IMG/VR virus record: IMGVR_UViG_3300036778_000025
Span: 1 to 42,271 of that record
DNA from: a virus
Taxonomy: Duplodnaviria > Caudoviricetes
Strand: one strand, 5' to 3'
Length of the DNA stretch: 42,271 bases
Below the pieces are notes generated by a model. It saw only the letters and a list, made by a program, of their open reading frames with translations. It was not told the origin of the DNA and did no database searches. Positions 8,278-16,998 of the stretch are shown here, piece after piece. Every line of letters starts with the position of its first letter. Within the stretch, counting starts at the first letter, position 1. The translations under genes were made by a program, and so were the position numbers.

Positions 8278-9284
8278 TCGTCAAGCTGATCAGATACGAT
8301 GCGGCGTGCCGGGCCATCGCCAGCGCCAAACGAGTCGACGAGGTAAAAAAGATTCGCGACGTGTCGATTGCAATGCGTGCTTATGCGCGGCAGGCGGACA
8401 ACCGCGAGCTTGAGGCGGATGCAATCGAGATACGCATGCGTGCGACCCGACGCATGGATCAGATGCGCCAGGAGCAGAAGCTAACGGTAGGGCTAGCCAA
8501 GGGCGGTGGCGACAAAAAGTCAGATCACCGGGGTAAGAAAAACCCCACTGATCCGCCGACTCTTTTGGAGACCGGGATCGACAAAAATCTCGCCAAGGAA
8601 GGTCGCAGACTCGGAGCATTGTCGGAACCCGAATTCGAGCAGGCTGTAAGCACTGCGCGGCAGGCGATCGGGCGCGTGGTGCGCGATGCGCTGCGCGCCG
8701 ATGACAAAACCGAACGTCGGGCGCAACGCGAACATGATCTCGGGGACAAGATTGCTGCCCTTCCCGAGTGCCGTTATGGCGTCATTCTGGCCGATCCGCC
8801 CTGGCGCTTCGAGCCCTACTCACGTGACACCGGCATGGATCGGGCGGCCGATAATCATTATCCAACGCAGGGCACCGAGACGATTGCCGCCATGAAGGTG
8901 CCCGCGGCTAATGATTGCGTGCTGTTCTTGTGGGCGACGAATCCCATGCTTGAACATGCGCTATCAGTGCTCAAAGCGTGGGGCTTCACCTACAAATCAA
9001 ACTTCTGTTGGGGCAAGGACAAGGCGGGAACTGGCTACTGGAATCGAGAAAAACACGAACTGCTGTTGATTGGCACCCGCGGCAATATCCCAGCACCCGC
9101 GCCCGGAGAGCAATACGAGTCACTAATCACGGCGCCACGCGAGGCGCATAGCGCCAAGCCGTTTGCATTTCATGAGATGATTGACGACATGTTCCCGACA
9201 TTGCCGAAGATCGAGTTGTTTGCCCGCGATCGCTTTGCGGGCTGGGATGCGTGGGGCAATGAGGTTCAAGCGGAGGCGGTGTGA
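8274..9284 (+). CDS. MT-A70-family N6-adenine DNA methyltransferase with N-terminal helical domain
   Basis: ILADPPW, LFLWAT, WGFTYKS, HELLLIG, HSAKP and IELFAR motifs. Confidence 0.92.
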   Translation: MIVKLIRYDAACRAIASAKRVDEVKKIRDVSIAMRAYARQADNRELEADAIEIRMRATRRMDQMRQEQKLTVGLAKGGGDKKSDHRGKKNPTDPPTLLETGIDKNLAKEGRRLGALSEPEFEQAVSTARQAIGRVVRDALRADDKTERRAQREHDLGDKIAALPECRYGVILADPPWRFEPYSRDTGMDRAADNHYPTQGTETIAAMKVPAANDCVLFLWATNPMLEHALSVLKAWGFTYKSNFCWGKDKAGTGYWNREKHELLLIGTRGNIPAPAPGEQYESLITAPREAHSAKPFAFHEMIDDMFPTLPKIELFARDRFAGWDAWGNEVQAEAV

Positions 9285-9739
9285 CCGACGTCATCATGCG
9301 CAAGCGCGGCAATTCGCTAGTGCCGGTCGACGACCAGGGCCTCGAATTGTTGGCCAAGCTCAAGGATGGCCGCGACGTCGGCTGCACAATCGTCGCACAC
9401 AGAAATCCCAGGCATCACAGATTGTATTTTGCGATGCTGAAATTTCTGTCCGAGCACACCGACACCTTCGCCGGCCGTGACCCGGAAATCATCTCGACCG
9501 CGCTCAAGTTGGCGACCGGACTGGTGCGTACCTACGTCAATCAGGACACCGGGGAAACCATCATGGTGCCGAAATCGATCTCATTCGCGGCGATGGATCA
9601 GACTCGGTTCAATGTCTTTTTCGATGCCGCCTGCCAAACCATTGCCCACTGGATGCCACCGGGAAGCGTACCGGATGACGTGCGCGACGAACTGATCCGC
9701 ATGGTCGACGGCGAGCACGCAATTGGGGAGCGGCAATGA
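9281..9739 (+). CDS. DUF1367 (NinB/YbcN-like) protein
   Basis: RNPRHHRLYFAML...PKSISFAAMDQTRFNVFF. Confidence 0.8.
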   Translation: MTDVIMRKRGNSLVPVDDQGLELLAKLKDGRDVGCTIVAHRNPRHHRLYFAMLKFLSEHTDTFAGRDPEIISTALKLATGLVRTYVNQDTGETIMVPKSISFAAMDQTRFNVFFDAACQTIAHWMPPGSVPDDVRDELIRMVDGEHAIGERQ

Positions 9740-10116
9740 TGGCCGGCCGCATCAGCCCGAAGGCAAAGCCGGGGTCGCTGCTCAAGAGCGGCGAGCGCAA
9801 GCATGATGACGACTACCTGGCGCTTATCCGCCGTTGCCCATGCTTGGCCTGTGACACTGACCCGGCCGGCGAGGCCGCGCACTTGCGCCTGACCGCGCCC
9901 GGCAAGCCGACCACCGGAATTGGCATCAAGCCCGCCGATGTCTGGGCGCTGCCACTGTGTCCGGTCTGCCACCGGCGCCAGCACAGCATGGGCGAGCTCC
10001 TGTTCTGGCGCTGGCTTGGGCTCGACCCGGTGGCAATCTGCAAAGAGCTCTGGGTCGCCGACGGCATCGAGGCCATGCGCGCCGTCATTTTCGCGGCGCG
10101 GGAGAACCGCAAGTGA
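9736..10116 (+). CDS. DUF968-like Zn-binding HNH-type nuclease
   Basis: YLALIRRCPCLAC...EAAH...KPADVWALPLCPVCHRRQH. Confidence 0.8.
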   Translation: MMAGRISPKAKPGSLLKSGERKHDDDYLALIRRCPCLACDTDPAGEAAHLRLTAPGKPTTGIGIKPADVWALPLCPVCHRRQHSMGELLFWRWLGLDPVAICKELWVADGIEAMRAVIFAARENRK

Positions 10117-10126
10117 GTGAGCAGCC

Positions 10127-10348
10127 ATGAGTAAAAACGTCCGCATGCAATTCCAGGTCGAGCCCGACTTTGCCCGCCTGATCGTCAAGGCCGCGCACAA
10201 TGACCGCCGCACCGTGTCCGATTGGCTGCGCATCGCGATTGAAGACGTTGTCAACGGTTCCTCGGGTATGACAAGGTCAGATGACCATCTCCGGGTCAGG
10301 GGGATTGCCGATGCCACGCGTAAAGCCGTCAAGAATTACACCGGATAG
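10127..10348 (+). CDS. Ribbon-helix-helix protein in the excisionase position
   Basis: MQFQVEPDFARLIVKAAHNDRRTVSDWLRIAI; overlaps the integrase start. Confidence 0.6.
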   Translation: MSKNVRMQFQVEPDFARLIVKAAHNDRRTVSDWLRIAIEDVVNGSSGMTRSDDHLRVRGIADATRKAVKNYTG

Positions 10349-11228
10349 ATTCGCCGCCGTCATCAAAGCCTTTTTGGCCAGCGAGAAATTCGCTTCCCTG
10401 GCCCCTAATACGCAAGTCAACTGGCGCCATAAGCTGCGGCTCGCCGAGATCGAAACCGGGCTCGGCGGGCTCTCGATCCATGAGATCGATTCTGGCTATG
10501 TGCAAGATTTCCTCGACGGGCTGGCGCAATGGCCGGCGACCCAGGCGGCGGCCAAAAAGGCACTCAAGGCGGTGGAAAAATGGGCCGTGGTCCGGCGCCG
10601 GTTGCCGCGCCCGATCACCTTCGGCACCGACATTATCGGCAGCACGGGCGCCCGCGAGCCGTGGCTCGATCGCGAGGTCGAGCTTGCCATCGCCAACGCC
10701 TCGCCTGAGCTCGCCCGCGCCATCCAACTCGTGTCCTACACCGGGCTGCGTCTAGGCGACGTTTCCCGCATGCGCTGGGGTGATCTACGCGTCTACCGCG
10801 GCCGGCTCGGGATCGACGTCGACGTCGAGAAGACGCACATCCCCATGTGGGCGCCGGTGCTGCCCGAGCTCGAACCGCTGTTGCTAGGCTGGGAACGGCG
10901 CGGCGAGCACATCCTGTGCAAGCCCAACGGCGAGCCCTGGAAGCGTTCGCAGCTATCGGACGCCTGGGGTTACGAGCGCGACAGCAAGCCCGCCCTGGAG
11001 CCGCTACGGGCGCGCAAGCTGTCGTTTCATGGGCTGCGGGCGACGGCGGCGATCCGGCTGCGCCGCTCCGGGCTGAGCAACGCCCTGATCGGCAAAATGA
11101 TCGGTATGTCGGAGGCCGTGGTCAATCTCTATTGCCGCCGCGCCGACCAAGCCGACGACGCGATCACCGGGCTCGAGCACCGGGAGCGCGTCGTACCGCT
11201 GAACATCCTAACAAAACAGAAGGGATAA
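10311..11228 (+). CDS. int: Tyrosine recombinase/integrase, 305 aa (Xer-sized, no obvious arm-binding domain)
   Basis: YTGLRLGD, HGLRATA and C-terminal Tyr (VVNLY). Confidence 0.9.
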   Translation: MPRVKPSRITPDRFAAVIKAFLASEKFASLAPNTQVNWRHKLRLAEIETGLGGLSIHEIDSGYVQDFLDGLAQWPATQAAAKKALKAVEKWAVVRRRLPRPITFGTDIIGSTGAREPWLDREVELAIANASPELARAIQLVSYTGLRLGDVSRMRWGDLRVYRGRLGIDVDVEKTHIPMWAPVLPELEPLLLGWERRGEHILCKPNGEPWKRSQLSDAWGYERDSKPALEPLRARKLSFHGLRATAAIRLRRSGLSNALIGKMIGMSEAVVNLYCRRADQADDAITGLEHRERVVPLNILTKQKG

Positions 11229-11232
11229 GCCC

Positions 11233-11595
11233 GTGGACAAGATCGTCATTGAGAGACGCCTGCGGCTACACATCCTAAACCTGTGTTTGGCAGTTGCCGG
11301 CGAGAAGGAAGGCGACATTTCTATCGGGAAAGAGCTCCTGATCCACGAGGTCGAGAAAATAGCCGCAGACGCCAGGGCAGATCGTGAGAACCTGCATCAG
11401 CGCGTGAAAGAGCTTCTTTCCGAAAACGCTAAATTATTGGAGCGACTTGGACCGCGCGGATTAGAAGTTGTGATAATAGGCAATACTGGACATTATGTCA
11501 GCTCAGCCGTGAAGGCCGAGATAGACCGATTAAGGCAAGTAGGAGGTAATCCTAATAGGATACCTCCGTGCCAAACGCAAATGCCAAGTGATTGA
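11233..11595 (+). CDS. Hypothetical protein
   Basis: Lower-GC 120-aa ORF directly after int, ending at the candidate attP. Confidence 0.5.
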   Translation: MDKIVIERRLRLHILNLCLAVAGEKEGDISIGKELLIHEVEKIAADARADRENLHQRVKELLSENAKLLERLGPRGLEVVIIGNTGHYVSSAVKAEIDRLRQVGGNPNRIPPCQTQMPSD

Positions 11596-11665
11596 AATCA
11601 TTGCGAAAAAGTTCGTTCCGTTATGCCGCTATGCAATGTCGAAAGCTAGCAAAATCAATGACTTA
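11586..11665. other. Candidate attP: inverted repeat flanking a dif-like core
   Basis: AAGTGATTGA (11586-11595) and TCAATGACTT (11655-11664) form a 9/10 inverted pair downstream of int, between convergent genes. Confidence 0.5.
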
Positions 11666-11728
11666 CAGACCCCCATTTTTTGAGCTCTTGACGGAAATTG
11701 GGGCAAAACGAGTAAAGATCGAGCAAGG

Positions 11729-11947
11729 CTAGCTTTGAGCGAGAACGCGGTTTAGCTCGACGGCGCTATCGACGGCTCTCTGCCGCGCAGCCCTGCTCAG
11801 CTTGCGCTTGCCAATCAACATCTCACGCACAAGCAGCCGGAGGCGGTTGATCTCGCTCCGAGGCATCTTGTGTTTGCGGGCGAGCCACGGTTCCGAGATA
11901 TCGGTAAATGCCAAGTCGTGGAATAGTCGATAGGTTCGCTCCGCCAT
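11729..11947 (-). CDS. Hypothetical basic protein
   Basis: 72 aa, GGAG upstream; same orientation as the Arc-like gene. Confidence 0.45.
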   Translation of the reverse strand: MAERTYRLFHDLAFTDISEPWLARKHKMPRSEINRLRLLVREMLIGKRKLSRAARQRAVDSAVELNRVLAQS

Positions 11948-12036
11948 TTTCGGGCTCCATTCCCGTTAGCCGGTTCCACCAGAACCACAAGAAGTCCGCG
12001 TCACCGGCAACCGCACTTCCTCCGCGGATTCGCTCC

Positions 12037-12201
12037 TCAACCTTCTGCCTCAAGGCCGCGCCTAACGTAAATCATGGCCTGGGCGCCGATGCTCCGCAAG
12101 TTGCGTTCAGCCGCGTGTTTTAGAGCTTCGTAGTCGGCTTCATCCATGTAGATATGTGCCTCACGCCGGCGTTGAGCTTTGGCTGATTTGGACTTTTTCA
12201 T
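12037..12201 (-). CDS. Arc/Mnt-like ribbon-helix-helix repressor, 54 aa (not in ORF track)
   Basis: MKKSKSAKAQRRREAHIYMDEADYEALKHAAERNLRSIGAQAMIYVRRGLEAEG. Confidence 0.75.
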   Translation of the reverse strand: MKKSKSAKAQRRREAHIYMDEADYEALKHAAERNLRSIGAQAMIYVRRGLEAEG

Positions 12202-12235
12202 CACCACGCGCTGGCCCTACATTTTTCTGGATATT

Positions 12236-12278
12236 ACTATACATTCCCGTTGACCTCCTGTCTATCCCGAAATAGGAT
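12236..12278. promoter_or_regulatory. Overlapping divergent sigma70 promoters
   Basis: Plus strand TTGACC(12250-12255)-17 bp-TAGGAT(12273-12278). Minus strand TAGACA(12264-12259)-17 bp-TATAGT(12241-12236). Confidence 0.65.
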
Positions 12279-12307
12279 GTTTTCGGACAACAAGGGAATC
12301 CCCCGTC

Positions 12308-12511
12308 ATGGGAAATAAGCCAGTTGAAGAACAGATTTGTGAGATTATGGAGGACTTTCGTTCGCGGCGCTTGCGTCACAAAGCAGACCATCCAGAAACG
12401 ATTTTCTCGGATTTAGTGCCGGATGAATTGACACGGTTTGCGGAGGCGAAAGCCATCTACGAGATTGTTCGCACAGATTTACTCGGCCAGAAAGAAGGTA
12501 ATTCCCCGTGA
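12308..12511 (+). CDS. Hypothetical protein
   Basis: First ORF after the plus-strand promoter; GTGA coupling to the next gene. Confidence 0.6.
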   Translation: MGNKPVEEQICEIMEDFRSRRLRHKADHPETIFSDLVPDELTRFAEAKAIYEIVRTDLLGQKEGNSP

Positions 12512-12900
12512 TCGAAAACTGCAAAGTCAACGATTGCGCCAAGAAAGAGCTTACTTGGGAGATCGTGGATTTGCGTTTGGCGCTCGCTCAGGCTGAGGAA
12601 TTTATCAAGCGCCGCTTCCCCAAAGAAGCCGGGGAGGGCCTGACCGACTACATTGCCTCTGCAAACACAGAGCGAAGACTAAAAAAACTCAAAAGCCTTG
12701 GCTTCGGTGATGCCGCCGATTTTGCAAGATCATCTAGCCAATCGGTTGTGGCAACGGAGCCTGTGTTTGATGAGATTGCGGTCGAGCAATTGGCTAAAGC
12801 TTTGTGCCTTGAATGTTTCATTCCGATGCGGCTGGCACCACAGAGAGCGCGAGATGTAATCAATCATCTTGGCAAACTCTACCGCCAACGGTCGGTGTGA
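12508..12900 (+). CDS. Hypothetical protein
   Basis: 130 aa, lower GC, GAAGG RBS. Confidence 0.6.
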   Translation: MIENCKVNDCAKKELTWEIVDLRLALAQAEEFIKRRFPKEAGEGLTDYIASANTERRLKKLKSLGFGDAADFARSSSQSVVATEPVFDEIAVEQLAKALCLECFIPMRLAPQRARDVINHLGKLYRQRSV

Positions 12901-13032
12901 GAAAACAAGGTAAACGCCGGATGACTTATGGCACGCACGACCTACGCCTCGCGCTTTGTGGGGGTGCCACTGTGACGGTGACCTGGGCTTCATCGTGCGA
13001 AGCCGTCACGCAATAGAAGGAAAACGCCGGTC

Positions 13033-13245
13033 ATGGCTGAGTGGCAGACAATTGAAACCGCGCCGAAGAACAAAAGCGTATTGATTGCGAGCGGCGATCT
13101 GATCCGCATCGCCATACATACGCGAGCGTGGAGTGACATGACGCGCGGGTATTCGGAAAAATGGTGGATAGCTCAGAACTTACCGTTTGATCATCCCGGA
13201 CCCACTCATTGGATGCCGCTCCCGGCTCCGCCAGAGACAAGGTAA
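13033..13245 (+). CDS. DUF551 (Eaa-like) protein
   Basis: WQTIETAPK...PTHWMPLPAPP. Confidence 0.88.
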   Translation: MAEWQTIETAPKNKSVLIASGDLIRIAIHTRAWSDMTRGYSEKWWIAQNLPFDHPGPTHWMPLPAPPETR

Positions 13246-13254
13246 TTGCCCCTA

Positions 13255-13734
13255 ATGACCCTGAACATTGCAACACTGCAGAACTATGCCAGCCTGGTGG
13301 TCTGGGAAGCAGTCAATGATTTCCCATTTTTCACGCCCGATTCGATTACATCGATGCAATTCGTAACGCTGATCGACTTCAGCAATGCGCAAATTGCCTA
13401 TGCCCAGCAGATCGGCCTTCCCGACCCGGCGCTGTATACCTTTGAAGCGCTCGGCGCGGCGCTGGCGTCACAGCCCAACTTTTTGCGCTTCGCCAATATC
13501 CAGGACGATACGGCTTTCGTCACCGCGACCGCCGGCTATGCATTCCAGCAGCCGGAAAGTCCGGCGCAGATTGCGGGTTTCGTCAACCAATTGCACTTCC
13601 TGGAAGGGTTCTACAGCGCGGCGCATATCCCGAATTATGAGCTCGTCGCCAAGGGCGCGGTGTTCGGTCTGATGCTCGGCGTCGAAACCGAATTACTCCA
13701 TGTGCCGCTCATCGGGATCAGCGGGCACGTCTAA
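13255..13734 (+). CDS. Helical protein resembling surface/S-layer-associated domains of Rhizobiales secreted proteins
   Basis: DPALYTFEALGAALA...DDTAFV...FY...LVAKGAVFGLMLGV; C-terminal VPLIGI. Confidence 0.45.
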   Translation: MTLNIATLQNYASLVVWEAVNDFPFFTPDSITSMQFVTLIDFSNAQIAYAQQIGLPDPALYTFEALGAALASQPNFLRFANIQDDTAFVTATAGYAFQQPESPAQIAGFVNQLHFLEGFYSAAHIPNYELVAKGAVFGLMLGVETELLHVPLIGISGHV

Positions 13735-13753
13735 TCGGGAAAGGAGGCCGAGC

Positions 13754-13990
13754 ATGGCCACACTGATGGTGAGCGAGGTTTACGACGCGCTGATCGAGGC
13801 CGGCGCGTCGGAAGCCAAAGCCCGCGCAGCCGCACAAGCCGTCGCCGCGCACGAGCACCGCTTCGCCAAGATCGAGAACGATCTAGCAGTGGTGAAATGG
13901 ATGCTGACAACGGTGATCGCCCTGAATCTGGCAGGGTTTGGCTTTGGGCTGACACTGTTGTTGCGTGTGTTGTCGGTGCTACATGGCTGA
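13754..13990 (+). CDS. DUF1640/CCDC90-like coiled-coil protein with C-terminal TM anchor
   Basis: AAGGAGG RBS; EVYDALIEAGASEAKARAAA...DLAVVKWML followed by a TM segment. Confidence 0.75.
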   Translation: MATLMVSEVYDALIEAGASEAKARAAAQAVAAHEHRFAKIENDLAVVKWMLTTVIALNLAGFGFGLTLLLRVLSVLHG

Positions 13991-14198
13991 TATCAGCTTG
14001 GAATTCATCGCGCAAAAACTCGATCAGGTGCTGATCGAGCAGCGCCGCACACGCGATGACTTACGCTTTTTGCGGCAGGAGTTCAGCTTGATGCGCGAGC
14101 AAGTCCGCATCCAAGGGGGTGAGCTCGCCCGCTTGAGCGATACCATCGCGATGGACGTGCTTGAGCGCTTGCGCAAACTGGAAGAGCCAAGCCAATGA
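13983..14198 (+). CDS. Coiled-coil hypothetical protein
   Basis: MADISLEFIAQKLDQVLIEQRR...RLRKLEE. Confidence 0.7.
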   Translation: MADISLEFIAQKLDQVLIEQRRTRDDLRFLRQEFSLMREQVRIQGGELARLSDTIAMDVLERLRKLEEPSQ

Positions 14199-14252
14199 AG
14201 ATTGCCAGCTTGGGCGCGTCGATCATCGTGTGCGCGCAGTGGAAACATAGAG

Positions 14253-15335
14253 TCAATCGGCAAAGCACCAGTCGACGATAGCCTTCCCCTCAATACCGAG
14301 CGCCTTGGCGGCGCCAGGGGTCAGGTCGATGCCGGCGCCGTTGGGCACCTTGCCCTTGTTGGGACCGCGTGGCAGCGGGGTGCCCTCGAGGTAGCAGGTT
14401 TCTGCCAATGGCCGCGCGTCGCCCATGACATAGTCCTCGTCATCGGTCAGCCATGGCCCTAGGTCGACGATCTCGCAAGTGACCGATTTCCCATTGGCGC
14501 GGTTGATCACCCGCACCTGCGGTCGCTCGCCGGCAAATTTGAAGGGCAAGGCGACACCGAGCACCTTGTCGTCAATGAAGGCATACGGCGGATAGGCCGA
14601 GTCGTTGGGATCATCGCTGCCGCCGAATACGGTGGTGATGATGTCGCGCTGATTGGCCGGAATGGCTGGCGCGGCCACGCTTTCGCTGATCTGGAAGTCC
14701 TGGCCATTGATGGTGACCACCACGTTGCCATGCGCCTCGATCGTGATGTTGACGCGGTTTTCCTGCGTCGGCGGCTCGATCGGCGCCGGTTCCTCCGGCT
14801 CGATCGGCGCCTCGTCGATCTGCACATTGCCGATCACTTCCGCGATTTCGCGGCAGATCGCCTCGAAATGCTGGCGATAAAGGTCAGTATCGGTCGAGCT
14901 GTCGACGAAGCACGTCTCGATCAGGATCGCCGGCATTTCCGTGTTGTTGAGGAAATAGAGATCAGTGCGCTTTTTGCCGCCGCGGTTGATGAACGCGCCG
15001 GCTTGCGCAATGGCCAGCGAGGTGTCGGCGGCCAGTTTGGATTGCGTCACGTACAGGACTTCGGTGCCCATCGGCTTGCTGGTCTGCTGATAGGCATTGA
15101 AGTGCACCGAGACATCGAGATCGCGGGTCTGCGCGTTATGATAGTTGACGATGGTTGCCAGATTGGTGCTCTGATCGTGCGAAGTGTCGTCGTGAAAGGT
15201 TTTCACGTTGACGGCGGCTTGGTCGAGATAATCGGCGACCTGATTGACCACCTTGCGCGCCTCGTCGACCTCGTCGATGTAGCCGGATGCGCCCCTCACA
15301 TACTTTCCGTGCCCGCTGGATATGACGATGTTCAT
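14253..15335 (-). CDS. Endolysin: Amidase_3 plus C-terminal double-psi beta-barrel (RlpA-like) domain
   Basis: VISSGHG...E...SVHFNA...ILIETCFVDS, then IVDLGPW...GAGIDLTP. Confidence 0.9.
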   Translation of the reverse strand: MNIVISSGHGKYVRGASGYIDEVDEARKVVNQVADYLDQAAVNVKTFHDDTSHDQSTNLATIVNYHNAQTRDLDVSVHFNAYQQTSKPMGTEVLYVTQSKLAADTSLAIAQAGAFINRGGKKRTDLYFLNNTEMPAILIETCFVDSSTDTDLYRQHFEAICREIAEVIGNVQIDEAPIEPEEPAPIEPPTQENRVNITIEAHGNVVVTINGQDFQISESVAAPAIPANQRDIITTVFGGSDDPNDSAYPPYAFIDDKVLGVALPFKFAGERPQVRVINRANGKSVTCEIVDLGPWLTDDEDYVMGDARPLAETCYLEGTPLPRGPNKGKVPNGAGIDLTPGAAKALGIEGKAIVDWCFAD

Positions 15336-15556
15336 TTGTTCTCCCCATGGATCAAGAGAAGAAACACCTCGGTGCAGGTTTCGTGCACGCCGATGTATTT
15401 GCCGTCCGCAGTAAACACCAGGCACTTGGTGCCGGGCGCGAAGTGATCACTGCCGCGCGGCTCACGCAATGATACCACGTCGTCGGCATTGACCTTGATA
15501 TGCTGATTTTCTGGCCCGGTGACCGTGATGAAAACGGCGGCAATCCACCAGATCAT
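15332..15556 (-). CDS. FlbD-like small protein with hydrophobic N-terminus
   Basis: FITVTGPENQHIKVNADDVVSL...VFTADGKYIGVHETCTEV; ATGA coupled at both ends. Confidence 0.6.
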   Translation of the reverse strand: MIWWIAAVFITVTGPENQHIKVNADDVVSLREPRGSDHFAPGTKCLVFTADGKYIGVHETCTEVFLLLIHGENK

Positions 15557-16263
15557 GTGTAGCCGTAGACCTTGATGGTTCCGCTGGCGATATTGCCGCT
15601 GCTCATCAGGAATTGAATGCCGTTGATGGGGGCTTGGACGTCGAGAAAGCCGGCGCAAGTGGCGACGCCCGCAGTATTGGTGCCGGTGACGAAAGTGCCG
15701 ACGCCGCGAAACATCCGGAGGATGGCCGTGGCGGGCTGTCCATAAAACATGACTGTGCCGGAAAATCCCTGCCCGGCGACGGCGCCCAAGGTCGCCGCCT
15801 GCAACAAGTCAACCCCGGTGGTGAGGCCACCGGCGGAATTGAGATAGGCAGTGACCCGATAGGCGCCGCCGACGTGCACCTGCGCCTGGAAGCTCACATT
15901 GGCGGTGACCGGAAGCACGTTCTCGAATACGAACTGATATTCGTTGTAACCGAGCAGGAAGCTTGCGAGGTCCGCCAAGGCCGCGGAATTGTTGGCGGTC
16001 ATGGTGTTGAGCAAAATCCCGGTCTTTGGCACCAGCGCCGACAGCGGGACGTTGACGAAGGTCTGCGCGACCGAGTCCCACACGGTGACATAATCGGTCG
16101 GCTGGGCGGCCGGCGGCGGCGGGTTCTGCACCTGGATGTTGGCGACGCTGTAGCCGACCGTCCAAATGCCGTTTTGCTTGTTGATGGTGATCGGCCCGGA
16201 GCCGGTGACCAGGGCGGGAAACGGAACCGGAACTTGAACCTGTACATTGACCGGAGCGTTCAT
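15553..16263 (-). CDS. Tail fibre/virion protein
   Basis: Ends INGIQFLMSSGNIASGTIKVYGYT, a C-terminus typical of phage tail proteins. Confidence 0.7.
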   Translation of the reverse strand: MNAPVNVQVQVPVPFPALVTGSGPITINKQNGIWTVGYSVANIQVQNPPPPAAQPTDYVTVWDSVAQTFVNVPLSALVPKTGILLNTMTANNSAALADLASFLLGYNEYQFVFENVLPVTANVSFQAQVHVGGAYRVTAYLNSAGGLTTGVDLLQAATLGAVAGQGFSGTVMFYGQPATAILRMFRGVGTFVTGTNTAGVATCAGFLDVQAPINGIQFLMSSGNIASGTIKVYGYT

Positions 16264-16991
16264 ACTGTGACTCCACCGCTCATGACCGGCAATCTGGCCA
16301 TGAACACCTGCCGGGTGTCCTGCGTGTTGGTCATGGTGAGATTGGCGCGAAAGGTGCCGCCCCAGTCGGTCGGCTGATTGGCAACGCCGATATTGCCCAA
16401 GGTTTTGAATTTCGCCTCGGGAACGGAAATCTGGATCATGCCCAGATCGAGAATGTTGATTCCATTGCCGAGCGACGCGGAAATGAGCGGTCCGTAGTCG
16501 GGATAAACGCCGAGATCGTACCAGGGGACATAACCCATCGTCCCTGAGATCGGTGGCGCGATGCGGATTTCGAACTGGAAGCTCCAGCCAATCTGGCACA
16601 CCAGGGCGCCGCTCGCGGCGGTGTAGCCGGTGACAAAGCCGGTCATGCTGTTGACGCCGGACTGGTCGGTAATGGTGATCGGCTGGCCGGCCACAATGGC
16701 CAGATTGGGCGGCACCGTCAGGGCGAGCGCCAGCAATTGGCTACCGATCGGGTAAGCCGGGATGGTCAGGGTCGAGGTTGAGCTCGTCGTCAGCGCACCA
16801 ATCTGCACCGTCCAGTGGCTAGCGGTGAAGTTTTGGCCTCCGGGCAAGGTCACCTGGGCGAGATCAATCGGCTGATAGCGCTGGCCGAACGGCTGCGTGC
16901 CGTCATAGCTGTCGCGGTCGGTCAGCTTCAGCGTCTCGATAAAATCTTCGCGGTTGGTGAATTTGCGGAACAGGATTTGCTCGGCGAACAT
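16260..16991 (-). CDS. Virion/tail-associated beta-rich protein
   Basis: 243 aa, beta-rich, lies between two tail genes. Confidence 0.6.
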   Translation of the reverse strand: MFAEQILFRKFTNREDFIETLKLTDRDSYDGTQPFGQRYQPIDLAQVTLPGGQNFTASHWTVQIGALTTSSTSTLTIPAYPIGSQLLALALTVPPNLAIVAGQPITITDQSGVNSMTGFVTGYTAASGALVCQIGWSFQFEIRIAPPISGTMGYVPWYDLGVYPDYGPLISASLGNGINILDLGMIQISVPEAKFKTLGNIGVANQPTDWGGTFRANLTMTNTQDTRQVFMARLPVMSGGVTV

Positions 16992-16998
16992 GGCGCCC

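Noticed and set aside
8274-10116. Methylase plus nuclease as a restriction-modification system
   Set aside because: Orphan MT-A70, DUF1367 and DUF968 genes are routine in phage early regions.
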